Source: Lepidodermella squamata
Taxonomy: Eukaryota; Animalia; Gastrotricha
Length of the DNA stretch: 64,000 bases
NCBI GenBank assembly: GCA_047495785.1
Contig: JBLDXI010000024.1
Span: forward strand, 4,402,001 to 4,466,000
Direction: 5' to 3'
Positions within the stretch are counted from its first letter, which is position 1; the number at the start of each line of letters is the position of its first letter. Of this stretch, positions 1-12,700 are shown piece by piece. Under the pieces are notes generated by a model, which was given only the letters and a program-made list of their open reading frames with translations, had not been told where the DNA came from and did not search any database. The position numbers and the translations under genes were made by a program.

Positions 1-710
1 TACATAAAATGCGATATAGCTGTTCTTACTTCTATCGGAACAGTTATACTTCACTCGATTCTAACTGCTGAACTATCAATAATTTAGTTAACACTTCCTT
101 GCGCATCAAGGCGTCGAATAACGCTGTTTAGTAGCGATGAATATGCTAGAAAACCGGACACTAGTATGTCGATTTGCAAAACCTTGTGATCAGTTGCCTT
201 TTTGAAACAAAAACGATTTGGGCTTTACCATTGTGTAATGTTCACAGAAAAGAAAACACTTTGAATAGTGTCGAACGAACGAAAATTACGCTACCAGCAA
301 CAGACAATGCGAACGCCAACGCTCGACAGCATTAAATGTAACGGGCATATCAAATGAAGCCCTGTACGAAAGCAGCCAAGTAATGCGCGCTTCGATGCCG
401 CCAATGAATTGATAATATGTTGTTTAAGATTATGAGGGATTTGGAAATTACACAACTTTCAGGTGATCAATTATGCATGCGGTTAAACAATGGCAACTAA
501 AAAGCTGCTACCGGATCGGGAGAGTTACATTTAGAGAGACGCAGTAATGCAAAATTCATGATAGAACAATTGATGGCCAGGATAAGGGGATGATTCGAGA
601 CGTTTGTGTGAAGGGGCGTAGGCTGGGAATTTCTAATAAATTGGTGAGAGAAATTGTTTCTAGTTTTAACTCTGCCGGTTTTTTTTCAAAACAACGAAAC
701 ATATTCGAGA

Positions 711-3700
711 ATGTATATCCTATGTGTAATTTTAATACTACTCACCGTTGTAATTCAAGGTTTTTTTGGTAAAAATAAGCCGACTTTGATAAATTTTTTG
801 TTTGCAGGAGCCTGGTGTATTACTTATTGTAATTCTATTGGGGATTGCGAAAATGGGGGAACCTGTTCGAAGGGGCTATGCTATTGCCCCGTGCCGTGGG
901 GAGGCCATCGCTGCGAAAATAATAGTTGGTGACCGCTCTAGTCTCACAAGCAATTTGATAAGTGATAAATATACATCGTACAGACGGGAGATATTGTAAG
1001 GAGTCCGGCACCAACTATCCCGCGTGTAAAAACGGTGGATCCTGCATAAACGATGACCTTGGAGCATCATGCCTTTGCCCTCCTTTATTTACTGGGCGTT
1101 TTTGCGAGTTATGTAAGCTCAGCACGCTTACGCAAGTTGCTCATTATTACTTACTACTCATTATCACAGATAATTGTTCAACACCCTGCCAGAACAATGG
1201 TACTTGCACTGCTCAGTTAACTTGCAACTGCACAGCAGGATGGACTGGGTCAACATGCGCATCAGGTATAAGTGAAAGCTAAAATTATAACTTTTGATTC
1301 TTAACAAATTGAAAAATATTCATAAAAGATTATTCCCTTTAAGTCAGTCTCCAGCAAACTACAAGTGCAAATGTAGTCAGCATTGCAGGACGCTAAAAAA
1401 TCCAAAAACAATTTGCTTGTTCCTCGCACAGTGCGCGAAGTAGTATCCTCGAACTATTATCGGGGTTATTTTCGGGCCCTAATTTGTTGTCCAAAGGGTC
1501 CATTCTGTGGGTTTTTCCGGGGTTTTTTCTACTTTGGTATGCCGAACTGGGGGGGTACGATACCCCTCATTCCCCTTGTACGTCGCGCCCTCGCAGACGT
1601 TTCTCAGTTAGTGTTCGCGCGTTCGACAATTTCATCCAATTCCAGCGGGCGAATTACCTTGATAGCTTTGAGGTGTACACTTGAGTTGGTGGTGGGTATT
1701 GTGCTATTAACAGCTGCTACCGTAAATTGGTGCAAAATGGCCACGGAAAAAATGACCCCCTGGGGTTTTCGCATTTTGACTCGTTTCAGAGGGGCCTGAT
1801 TCCAATCTTAAAGAAAGCTCAATTTACCCCAGTTTGGGAAAAATTGGCAACGCGTACACTTATATTGGGTTTTTATTATAACGCGATTGTGAGGGTTGAA
1901 TGGTCGAGTGGCTTTAACGCGCCATCAGAATGACTATTGATTGAATTGATTGCGATTTCATATAATGGCATTCTGAAAATGATTGAACAGCTGTTTCGTC
2001 GCATTCTGTTCAATGACTGTTTTGATTTCCTAACCTGAACTCGTACTGCCGACTTGAGGTGATTAAGAACTCAGATCAAAATTCATGGCACTTAATCAGC
2101 CGCAATCGTCCGTTGATTTCAGGCGCTAACAAAAAATAGGCTTGCGTCGGGGTGTTTTCCAAATTCAATGTGCCCTTCAATGTGCCCTTTGTGCCTTGTT
2201 AATCAGCCATTTGTTCGAGTCCGTGCCTGAACGGCGGTAATTGCACAGCGCAAAATACATGCACATGTCCAGCTAGTTGGACTGGCTCAACTTGTGCCAC
2301 TCCTATCTGCTCGCCTGTGTGCTCCAACGGCGGAACCTGTAACGCCCAGTTGACGTGCAACTGCACTGCGAGCTGGACTGGCTCTCGATGCACGACTCGT
2401 GAGAAATTTCGAAAATTCAAGTTAAATTTGAGAAAGATTGTTTCATTCTCAGCAAAATGCTCGTCTCCATGCCAGAATGGAGGCACTTGCGTAGCTCCAA
2501 ACACTTGTTCCTGCCCTGCCGGTTGGACTGGTACAACATGTGGCACATTCACGTGCCCAGGAGGCTGCGCCAATGGGGGAACTTGTGCGGGTCCCTCAAC
2601 CTGTACATGCACGGGGCAATGGCAGGGTTCAAACTGCAGTTCTCGTAATCTATTTTCAGAGAGCAATTTATTTGATAACAATTTTGACTAATAACAGCTG
2701 TCTGCTCCTCACCATGCCAGAATGGTGGCACATGTTCGGCGCCTGGCGTTTGTTCGTGTGCGCCTACGTGGATGGGAGCAATTTGTAACACGCAAACGAC
2801 GACTAGTGAGTGATCAGCGACCAAAAATCTGCTGATTAATTTGTTTCTATTGCAGTTTGTACGCAAAATTCAGAGTGCGCGAACGGTGGAACGTGTACGA
2901 GTGGGTTGTGCTACTGTGTTGCTCCATACACGGGACCAGCTTGTTCATTAACAGGTAGGTTATTTTACCGGTGGTAGCGATGTAATTATGCAGTCAGCAC
3001 GAAGGGACGAGCATCTGCTCTACAAACGGCCTCGATTATCCGTGGTGTTCAAACGGAGGGACTTGCATCACCGTAGGCTCGGCGACACAATGCAGCTGTC
3101 CCCCAGGCGTTAGCGGTAGATATTGCGAAACTGGTACGTCTTTTGCATTTTAGTAGATTATTTTTTTAAATCCTCTTTCTCACAGTTTTGCCCCGTAAGT
3201 GACCCGCTTTCTTAGCTCAGGTCAGATGTATTCAACCTTACGACAGGATGCGAAAGTATAGAACTAACCGCAATGCCATGGTGCGGTCTCATTGGCTCGA
3301 CTGGTAACGGATCTAACGCTGTGACACCACTTGGCTGGGCCCCAGTGAACCCCGATAACAGACTATTTTTGACCGTAAACTTACCTTACGAGTTCACCGT
3401 TTCAACAATCGAAGTCGGGAAAGGCACCCTTTTCGCAGGATATGTCAGTTCTTACGCGATTTCCTTTTACGTGAAGCAGGCTCGGCTCGGCAATTTTTAT
3501 TATCCTGTCTTAACCAATCAAAACGACTCGTCGTCGCCATTGAAGGTTTGCGAACAATATTGGTATACAGTCGTAATTTCGCTGTTTGTTTAGTTATTTC
3601 CTGGTTACAACGGTGTCAGCTCTGGCACATCCAGACTATGTCCGAATATCCGTACTTCAGGACTTCGGCTGTGGCCGAAAAATTACACGAGTTTAAATTT

Positions 3701-6700
3701 CGCTATGACTGTGAAAATTTGGATCTGCCTACCCCACACTGGCTGCGTCACGTCGGGCATAGGACTGTGCGCGTCAACTTGCACGTGCCCTGTTGGCTAC
3801 AAGAGCAGCTACGGTTCAAACTGCGGTTAAATTACAATTTTCAAATTCAAATTTGTGAACATGTATACATTTCATCAACTTCAGATATATGGAGTATGCC
3901 ACCAGTCGATTGCGAGGATATTCTGATGCGGGACCGGACATCCCCCGATGGGGTTTACACGATCTATCCCCCTTCATTCCCTTCAATGCAAGTTTATTGC
4001 GACATGACAAGCATGGGAGGCGGCTGGACAGTGTTCCAGAAGCGCATCGATGGCTCGACGGATTTCTACCTGAATTGGGCAAACTACAAAGCAGGCTTTG
4101 GCAATCTCACTGCTAATTTCTGGCTAGGAAACGATAACATTCGCCGGTTGACTGCGCAGAACTACAATAGCATCCTTGCACTTTACATGGTCGCTCCTGA
4201 TGACGACCGCGGCGTCGCTGTGTACAAGGATTTCTATATTGAGGATGAAACTGATAATTACAGGTTCAGATCTAATGGATTTTTGGGTGGAAATGCTGGT
4301 TGGTTTAAAGCACTAAGATCCCTTCATATTCCACCTTACTGATACTCTTTCTACAGGAGATTCTATGACGTACCACTTTGACACCGTCTTCAGTACAGAA
4401 GATCACGATGGTTCGAACCTGGGTAACTGTTCAGTTACATTCAAAGGCGGTTGGTGGTAAGTCGGGACAATAGCCGAGCTATTTGCAGTGATCCCACTAG
4501 GTCTAGCTCTGAGGGGGGTAAATAGAGCCATTTTGAGCCCAAAATTAGCAAATCAACAGGGGGGACCCATACGTTTTTCAGAAATTTTCGAACGCCAGGG
4601 GGGTTTGTTTACCCCCCTTCCCCCCGTACTCGGAGCGCTGGCTATTTGTATCTGACAGTGAAATTTTCTCTTTGTTGACGTTATGACTATGCCAGATTAT
4701 ACCCTAATCACCCTAATCAGGCGTAGTCAAAAAGCGGGGCCAAGGTCTCTAGCCACCACGTAACATTTAATTTGGTATTGGGTTCTCGCAATCGACGCAA
4801 TCGATTCGGGCAGGTTTCAGAGGATTTCACTTTTCTTCCTGTTTTATTTCGCTATAATGTGCCTAATGGCCTAATTAGTCTGATTTGATTCGGCCTTAAC
4901 CAAATCCAAAATCCAAAGGTACTGGTGATTTATTTGTTTCACTGGGTGATTAGTATATACTTCTCAAATGAAGCAAAATTCCAAGCTAACAAAACACTGC
5001 CAAAACCGTTTGCTTTGACTCTACCATAACTGTAATTGCTCGGAAGTTGAATCAAAATTTCAACTTTCCTTCAACTCAACAACCTTGTTTGTCTTTTGGT
5101 GAAGTATTTGCATCCTCAGAAGACATTGACGGCAAAGCGGGAATCTCTTTAGGTTTTAGGCTTTCTTGTTTTTTCCACCTTCTTCTATTGTGTTACTGCA
5201 TAGATATCGTGTATAAGTATTCCAAATGCCTAAAATAGCAATAATCCATTATCTTGTTTTCAGGTACAAGGATTGCCACAGTGCCAACTTTAATGGGTAA
5301 GCGGGGGTTTAGATTTCATAGTTCACTGAGACTGGGGTGTAATTAAACAGGCGTTATGGCGCTACTGCTCGGGCGCAAATGCTGAATTACAACAGCTTCA
5401 AGAGTGACTACGTTGGCATGAAAACGACGAGAATGATGCTCCGAAGGAACAAGCCACAGGATACTTTGCCCTGTTAGTTTATGTTTTTTCCAACTTAACT
5501 GGGTATTAACAATTGATCTTACGGATTTCAGCGCAAGCTTTCCCGAAACCCCTAGATTGCGAGGAGATCCTTGTAGGCAATCCTCACGCCCCGAGCGGTG
5601 TATACCAAATATATCCGATTGGCTCTATTGGTCCAGTCTCTGTTTTCTGTGAAATGGTAGCCCACAGTGGGGGTTTTACAGTGATCCATCGAAACAAAAA
5701 TGATGGTTTAGACTTCAATAAGACATGGGCAGACTACGAAGTTGGGTTCGGGAACCTAAATGGCTCGCACTACATTGGCAACTCGATAATCTACCAACTC
5801 ACAAAAGGGACTGGCCTAAATTATATGCTAGTCATTTTTCTAGAAGACACTACAGGGGACCAGCGATCGGCTGTTTATACTGGATTTTCACTGCTGGACA
5901 CAATTAACTACACGCTGTCGATATCCGCAATGAATGGGGATGATCAGGGTGATTCCATGGCGAGTTCAAATAACCAACCTTTCCAGACCTATGACCAACC
6001 GAAAGGACGCTCTTGTGCTACGATGCGACCAGGAGCGTGGTGGTTTAAAGTGCCAACAAATGCAGACCCAGTCAACCCGGATTGCTCTGATGCTAACATG
6101 AATGGTATTGTTGGGGCCAACTCGTGGGAGAGGGGACTGTTTTGGAGCACCTGGAAGGGCAGGAACACATCCCTTGCCTCAAGCCTTATGATGATACGAT
6201 CTGGTAAATTGTGCAAAAACTCATCGCCATTCTGAACAGCAATTGTGTTTTAGTGAGCTACAAAGCTTCGGACTGCGTGGAAATATATTTCGGCAATTTC
6301 AATACAAGCGATGTATTTTGGCTTTTCCATCCGTCAGTTGGGTCTCTACAGGTTGTTTGTGATCCGCTGAACTACGTGACAGGATGGAAGGGATGGATCG
6401 TGAGTAACTTCAATGACTTTTGGGGTTTTTTGTTATAATTAGGACAACCTGCTTATCTGTTTTCTGACGCTTACACATTTCCTTTACCCAGTTACCGCGC
6501 TATTATTGTCGTGTCACAAAGATAGAATTGTGCTCAAAAATATAGGTCGAGTAGCTTTGCCAATTCGATATTTTACGAATATAAAATTGCAAATAATTCT
6601 AACAAATTTGTCAAGAGAATAACGACAACAGACGACGTTGTAAAAGAATATTGATTTGACTTCAGGCATCAATAACTTTTTTATGGATGAGAGTAATGAC

Positions 6701-9700
6701 CAAATGACTCCACAAAGGCTCTTATTGTCATTATTGTTATTATGACAGTGCGCCATTATAACATATCATTTTCTTAGGTTATCCAGCAACAGTATTTCAA
6801 TACGACATCATTTGCCAGAACCTGGTCGGAATACAAGAATGGATTCACGGCCCCGCCGTTCGCATTGACAAAGGATTTTTGGATCGGTGAGTTTTTGATA
6901 ATTTTTCCAAAATCGAGATCAAATTCTTCGCAGGTAACGAGATACTTTACGAATTGACCAAAGATAGCGCCTATCAGTTAGCTATCAGAATTATTCTGCA
7001 AAACAATACTGAGCTTCGTGCATATTACGGTGATTTCCAAGTCGGCAGCGAGGATGATGGTTACAGGCTATTTGTCAGTAATTACCAAGGCACTGCTGGG
7101 GATATGCTGTCAACCAAGCACAACTACCAGCAATTTTCGACCTCGGATCGAGGCCCTGCATCTGGGTGTTTCGCTCCGTATGGATTCACGGGGGGCTGGT
7201 GGTTCCCGAGTAACTGCGACTTTGATTCGAATTTGAATAACAAAATGTCCTCGAGCGCTGTCAATGCGACTTTGAAATGGGGAAACTTAGCAATAAAATC
7301 CATCAGAATGTTAATTCAACGCAAAAAATATCGTAAGCGTGAAGAGCTCTTAGATTCAAAGTTATACATGACATTTTCACAACAGCTAATCTCAAGAATG
7401 TTGCCAATGCTACAACGATCAATTTAAATTCGGCAGACTACGGCGTGGCAAGGTACGAATGCAACAGAAAGTATTACCCAGTTGGCGGTAGCGAAGAGAG
7501 AGTGCAAATCGTTGGCCCCTGGATATATTCCGGGAATCCACTTTCGTGCAGTCGTAAGTTGATTAGCTTTTCCCACGTTAGCCTTTATTATTTGTATTTG
7601 TCCTGCAGCTCGGCCTTTACCATACGACTGCAGTTCTATCCAGGATTACAACTCAGCACTGGGTTTTACTAGTGAATCGGGCGTATTCACGCTGAATGAG
7701 ACAACAGCCGGAAGCTTTGTCGCGTATTGCGATCAGGATACTATGGGTGGAGGCTGGACAGTAATCCAACGACGAGCAGATGGGAACCAGAGTTTCGCCC
7801 AAGACTTGGCTACTTATGAAACAGGCTTTGGCGATCCATTGGCTAATTATTGGCTTGGAAACGCTAAAATCAGAGCCATGACACAGGCTGGAGACTACGA
7901 ACTGCTGGTGCAGGTCGGAATGACCAACAATTTGGGCTATGCAGTGTATAGCAGCTTCTACCTCTCGGGAGCTAATAGCAGACTTGGTATCGCTGGTTAC
8001 AGCGCAGATTCAAAAATAGGAGATTCCCTCACAGCTCTCCAGGGAAATCCTTTTGTATTGGACACGTGTGGGATGGGTGGCTGGTGGATCAGTTCATCGT
8101 GCAATATAACCACGATTCAGAGCAATTTAAACAATTTGTATGGCTCTCAGGCTCAGGGATACATGAACATCTTCTGGCAGACTTTTACCACACCAGCTAC
8201 GACACCATTAGCTCGCACTGAGATGAAGATACGGCGAATCGTGCCGAGCGGAAAGTACATCAAGGCTCCGAACTACCAATGTAGCAATGGCGGCCAATCC
8301 ACTACTCTGACTAACATCTCCAGTCCCGAGCTTTGCATGGCTAAGTGCACCAACTTTACTACATATGCTTGCGTTATTTTCGTTTACAATCGCAATACTA
8401 AAGCTTGCAGTTTACGAAACCCAATCTGTAAGAATGGTGAAGGAGCTGTCAGCAGTGCGTCAGATACTTACTATCGAAATGAGCTTCTTAGCCATGTCAC
8501 AGCCGACTGCGGTCCTCCTCCTGGGATGATGAATACGCGGATGGAGATTGCCGGAATGCCAACTGTCATGTCTGTAAATTACACTTGCAAATACATTCCA
8601 TACTACAAAAATACACTGACTGCCCAAGATTGGTCTGCACTAACTTGCAATCAGACCACAGGACGCTGGACAGGCAACGCCCTTGACTGCCGAGGGGTAT
8701 GCGGCTTGTTGCCTGATACTACCGGTTCGAATTCACACATCGCCTCTGTTACAAACAATGCTGGTACTTTTACCATCTTATACGAATGCGATGAAAACTT
8801 CGAGTTGGGTTCAGGAGATCTCACCAAACTCTGCGCTTCTCCATATAGCTCTTTAACTGGTGCCGCGCACAATTGCGTCTCCACTCGTTGCAAAGATCCT
8901 CCAATTTTCTCGAACACCACTAATAACTTCACCGCTCCAACAGTAGTGGCTCCAGAACTGCGAAACACGCGAGGCAGTGTATGGGAATATCGATGTGACA
9001 CGCCTGGCTACGTTTTCCGTGACACAGGTCTAACATCCGCAACTTTGACCTGCGCGGTCTCCAAGCAATGGGAAGGAAACGTCGGGATTTGCAAACGTGA
9101 GTTTTTTTAATAAAACTGAGGAACAGAGCATTCGCACGTTTTAGTTTTTCTGACGTTTTGAGAAATTTCATCATTATTTCCCTCTCAGCTGACTGCTCTG
9201 CTATCGGCGGTTGTCAAAACGATGGATATTGCTACTTCCCGAACTCATGCGAGTGTATTGATGGTTGGACTGGTGCGAATTGCTCTATCGGCAAGATTTC
9301 GATCCTAATTGAATCAGAATTATTAAAGCGTATTTCAAACAGCTGATTGTTCGACACTGTCCAACTGCAGTACACATGGATTTTGCGAACAACCTGGCAA
9401 CTGCACGTGCGATGCTGGCTGGTCAGGGCCTGATTGCTCAACCCGTAAGTTCTGCGTATATTCGCTGGAATTCATTTGCTAGCTGAGTTGTGGTATTCAG
9501 CTATCTGCATTGGCGGTTGCAAAAATGGAGCGACATGTATTAGTCCCAACTTGTGCACTTGCACAGTTGGATGGCGCGGTGCAGATTGCAGCACCCGTGA
9601 GAATTGATAGGTTAACATATGTTGGTTGTCTAATTCATACGATTATTTCACAGCTAGCTGCTCGGCTACAACCGGCCTTTGCTCGAATGGCGGCTCATGT

Positions 9701-12700
9701 GTCGCCCCAAATACTTGCAGCTGTGCATCTGGTTGGAAGGATCCCACTTGTGACACATGTAATCATAGACCCCAATTAACAACTTTCTTCTTCCCACCTT
9801 TAATTTACAGTGGATTGTTCAGCTATTGGCAACTGTGCCAATGGCGGCACTTGCACCGGGCCGAACATTTGTACGTGCTCACCGGGCTGGACTGCGTCGA
9901 ACTGCACAACCGGTTAGTTCGGAAAAGGATTAATCAGTAATTTGTAGCGTGGTTATTTTCCAGCAATCTGCTCTGCCGTTTGCTTGAATGGCGGTACTTG
10001 CACTGCTCCCAACCTCTGCACTTGCGCGGCTGGCTGGACCGGTTCGGCATGTAGCAATCGTGAGTTTCCTTATTCTAATAGGCATAATTTCTTCGAATGG
10101 TGATTAAATCCCTAGCTGTTTGCTCACCACCTTGTTCAAACGGTGGATCATGTACTGCACCGAAGACATGCGCGTGCAAACCAGGCTGGATAGGCAGCAC
10201 ATGCGCCCAGGGTAACACCTGAACTCCAATAGCATGTTCACGGATTGATAAAGAATTTTTCAGCTGACTGTACAGCCTTGGGTGGCTGTTTGAATGGTGG
10301 GACCTGTAGTTCTCCTGGGAATTGTACTTGCTCGAAGGGATGGACGGGTGACAACTGCACAACACGTAAGGGCACTGATCGAATCGATAAAATAGATAGA
10401 CATTAAAATCTCTCAGCGGACTGTTCGGCAATTGGTGGCTGTTTAAACAACGGTACTTGCTCAGCACCTGATAACTGTACCTGCGATGCCAGCAAATGGC
10501 GTGGCACGAGATGCGAGAATCCAAATGTTAACTGCTCCAGCTTTGGATCTTGCTACAATGGAGGCACTTGCGTTGGGATAGATGTCTGCAGTTGTGCAAC
10601 TGGATGGAATGGTACAAGCTGCGCATTTCGTAAGTCCTTCGGGTTTTTCTTCAAGCTATTCCGATGGGCCATTCACCATTTAGCATATTGTTCAAGCATT
10701 GGAGAGTGCAAAAACGGCGGAATTTGTGCTCAGCCCAATGTTTGCACCTGCATTGGAGGTTGGACGGGCAGAGATTGTTCGGAGAGGAAGAACGAAACAG
10801 ATCCATCTACTGCCGTTTCGATCTCATTCATAACAGCGATGCCACCTCAAACTTTGATAGCAGCAGCGACTCCTTTCAGTGCTGTCGCAATTGAGGCTTC
10901 AATACGCATCAGCTCCACGGAGAATACAACAGCTCTAGCTGCGTCATCCGCGGCATTCATCGCAGACTTGGGCCCTGTAATGGCAAGATACGCCGAGCTA
11001 GCAAATCAGATGGCCCCGGAAGTTGTCGCCAACATTACAGTTGCTTACGCTACGGCGGCTAGTTCAGTCATGTTTGCTGTATCTGAAGCAGTCAGTAGCA
11101 ACGAAGAAACAACATCGAGCCCGCTATCCCTTGATCTCAACGATAAAAGCATTAAATGTACCACAGAATCGGCCGCGGCCACGACACCAAGCCCTAAAGC
11201 TGCGATGTCAACTGAAGACGTGAGTTTTGTAAGGAGGGATATCAAACCTATGAATTCTCATGTTTTGCTCAGTCATCGAAGCTGTATGGGAATTTCAACC
11301 AAATGATTGATGTCATGTTAAAGATGGTTGAGGCTAATGTTAAAACGGGCAAAAACTTCACATTCAACGGCAAATTTTTCTCAGTGGTTTTGAGTGTTAT
11401 CGATGCTAAGAAGCTACCGAGTTTGAGGCTGGAAACAATCCACGCGGCTGTGGTGTTTCCAAATACGACATCGACAGCGGAGTTTATTGATTCTAAGGCT
11501 TCGCGAGTTTCCATCAAAGACTCTGACATTGTCACCGTTGCAATCACAGCCTACATTGTTAATGTACTCGATCCTAAGCAGACGTTCAACATGCCAACTA
11601 TTTCGGTCAAAGTTCTCTACCAGAAGAAAGAGTTGATTCTAAAGAAAGGCTATCCAACGAAAATTACTGGAAAGCCAGTTGTCTCCAGAGCTGCTATGCT
11701 GAAATTGCAAAAATCTGACGCTCAGTGCGATGTGAGCAAGATTACATGCGACGTCAGCACAAACGCGGATACTATGGGATCATTGGCTCTTTTCCCGGTT
11801 TCTTCGGATTCAGGCGATTTTGTGCTGATATTCCCAGTCATCAAGTACAACTACACGGCTTATCTATCCCTGAATAGCACTCCTACAGTCAAGAGCTATA
11901 CTTGGTCTGTAAATGTTACTCAAACGAATGTCAATATGAGTGTTAATGCCAGCCTCGGAGAACTCAAGTTCAACTACAATACAGATGTCGAATTGAGAAT
12001 ATTGATCCCACAATCAGCATTGCAGGATTTCGTTGATATGCAAGGATTTTCTTCAAATGAAAATGTATCTTTCAAAATGCAGGTTTATACAAAGAAAGAC
12101 TTCTCAAGCCTTTCGACTTTTGAGGACTTGCCAGCCGATGCTTGCGAATTACAACGATGCTACGGTTACCATCTCAAGGTAGGATTCGCCAAGGCGCGGA
12201 ACACCCATTCAAGGAAAAAGCGCGATGCATCTGAAGCGAACGCTGATGATGATTTCGAGCTTGATCCCAGTTCGACTGAATCCGCAGTTACTTTCAAATC
12301 GTCATATTTTGGAGATTTTGGGGCCGATCTGGTGATATCCCCCAACACCATTGAATTCTCTGACATCTTCGCAAATTTCGCCACGCTAGTGTCAGACAAC
12401 GCATTCGTTCTCGCATTCCAAGTTGCCGCTGTTGTGTTCTTCATCGTCGGAGTTATTGTCGTTTGGCGATTTGACAAGCTGGACATCAAGGACTGGGCTT
12501 TCATGCCCTTGAAGAGCAATAAGCCATACGAGACGCACAAATATCTCGTTTCCGTCGATCACTTCGGCGTTAAAAATTATCATCTGAAGCCTGTGGTCCT
12601 ACTTCGAGCTTACGGTGATATCAGTGATACAAACTGGCGGGTCCTTGAAGATTGCGAGAGAGAATCGAATTTCGACGGAAGGAGACCAGCAAATTTCATG

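Noticed and set aside
1383-1933. ORFs of 66-138 aa inside the first long intron
   Set aside because: No recognisable motifs; they overlap repeat/transposon remnants.
2199-2866. Minus-strand ORFs rich in QVPP/HVHV, and similar antisense ORFs over the PKD and TGase genes
   Set aside because: They are antisense shadows of Cys/Gly-rich EGF exons and other plus-strand coding sequence.
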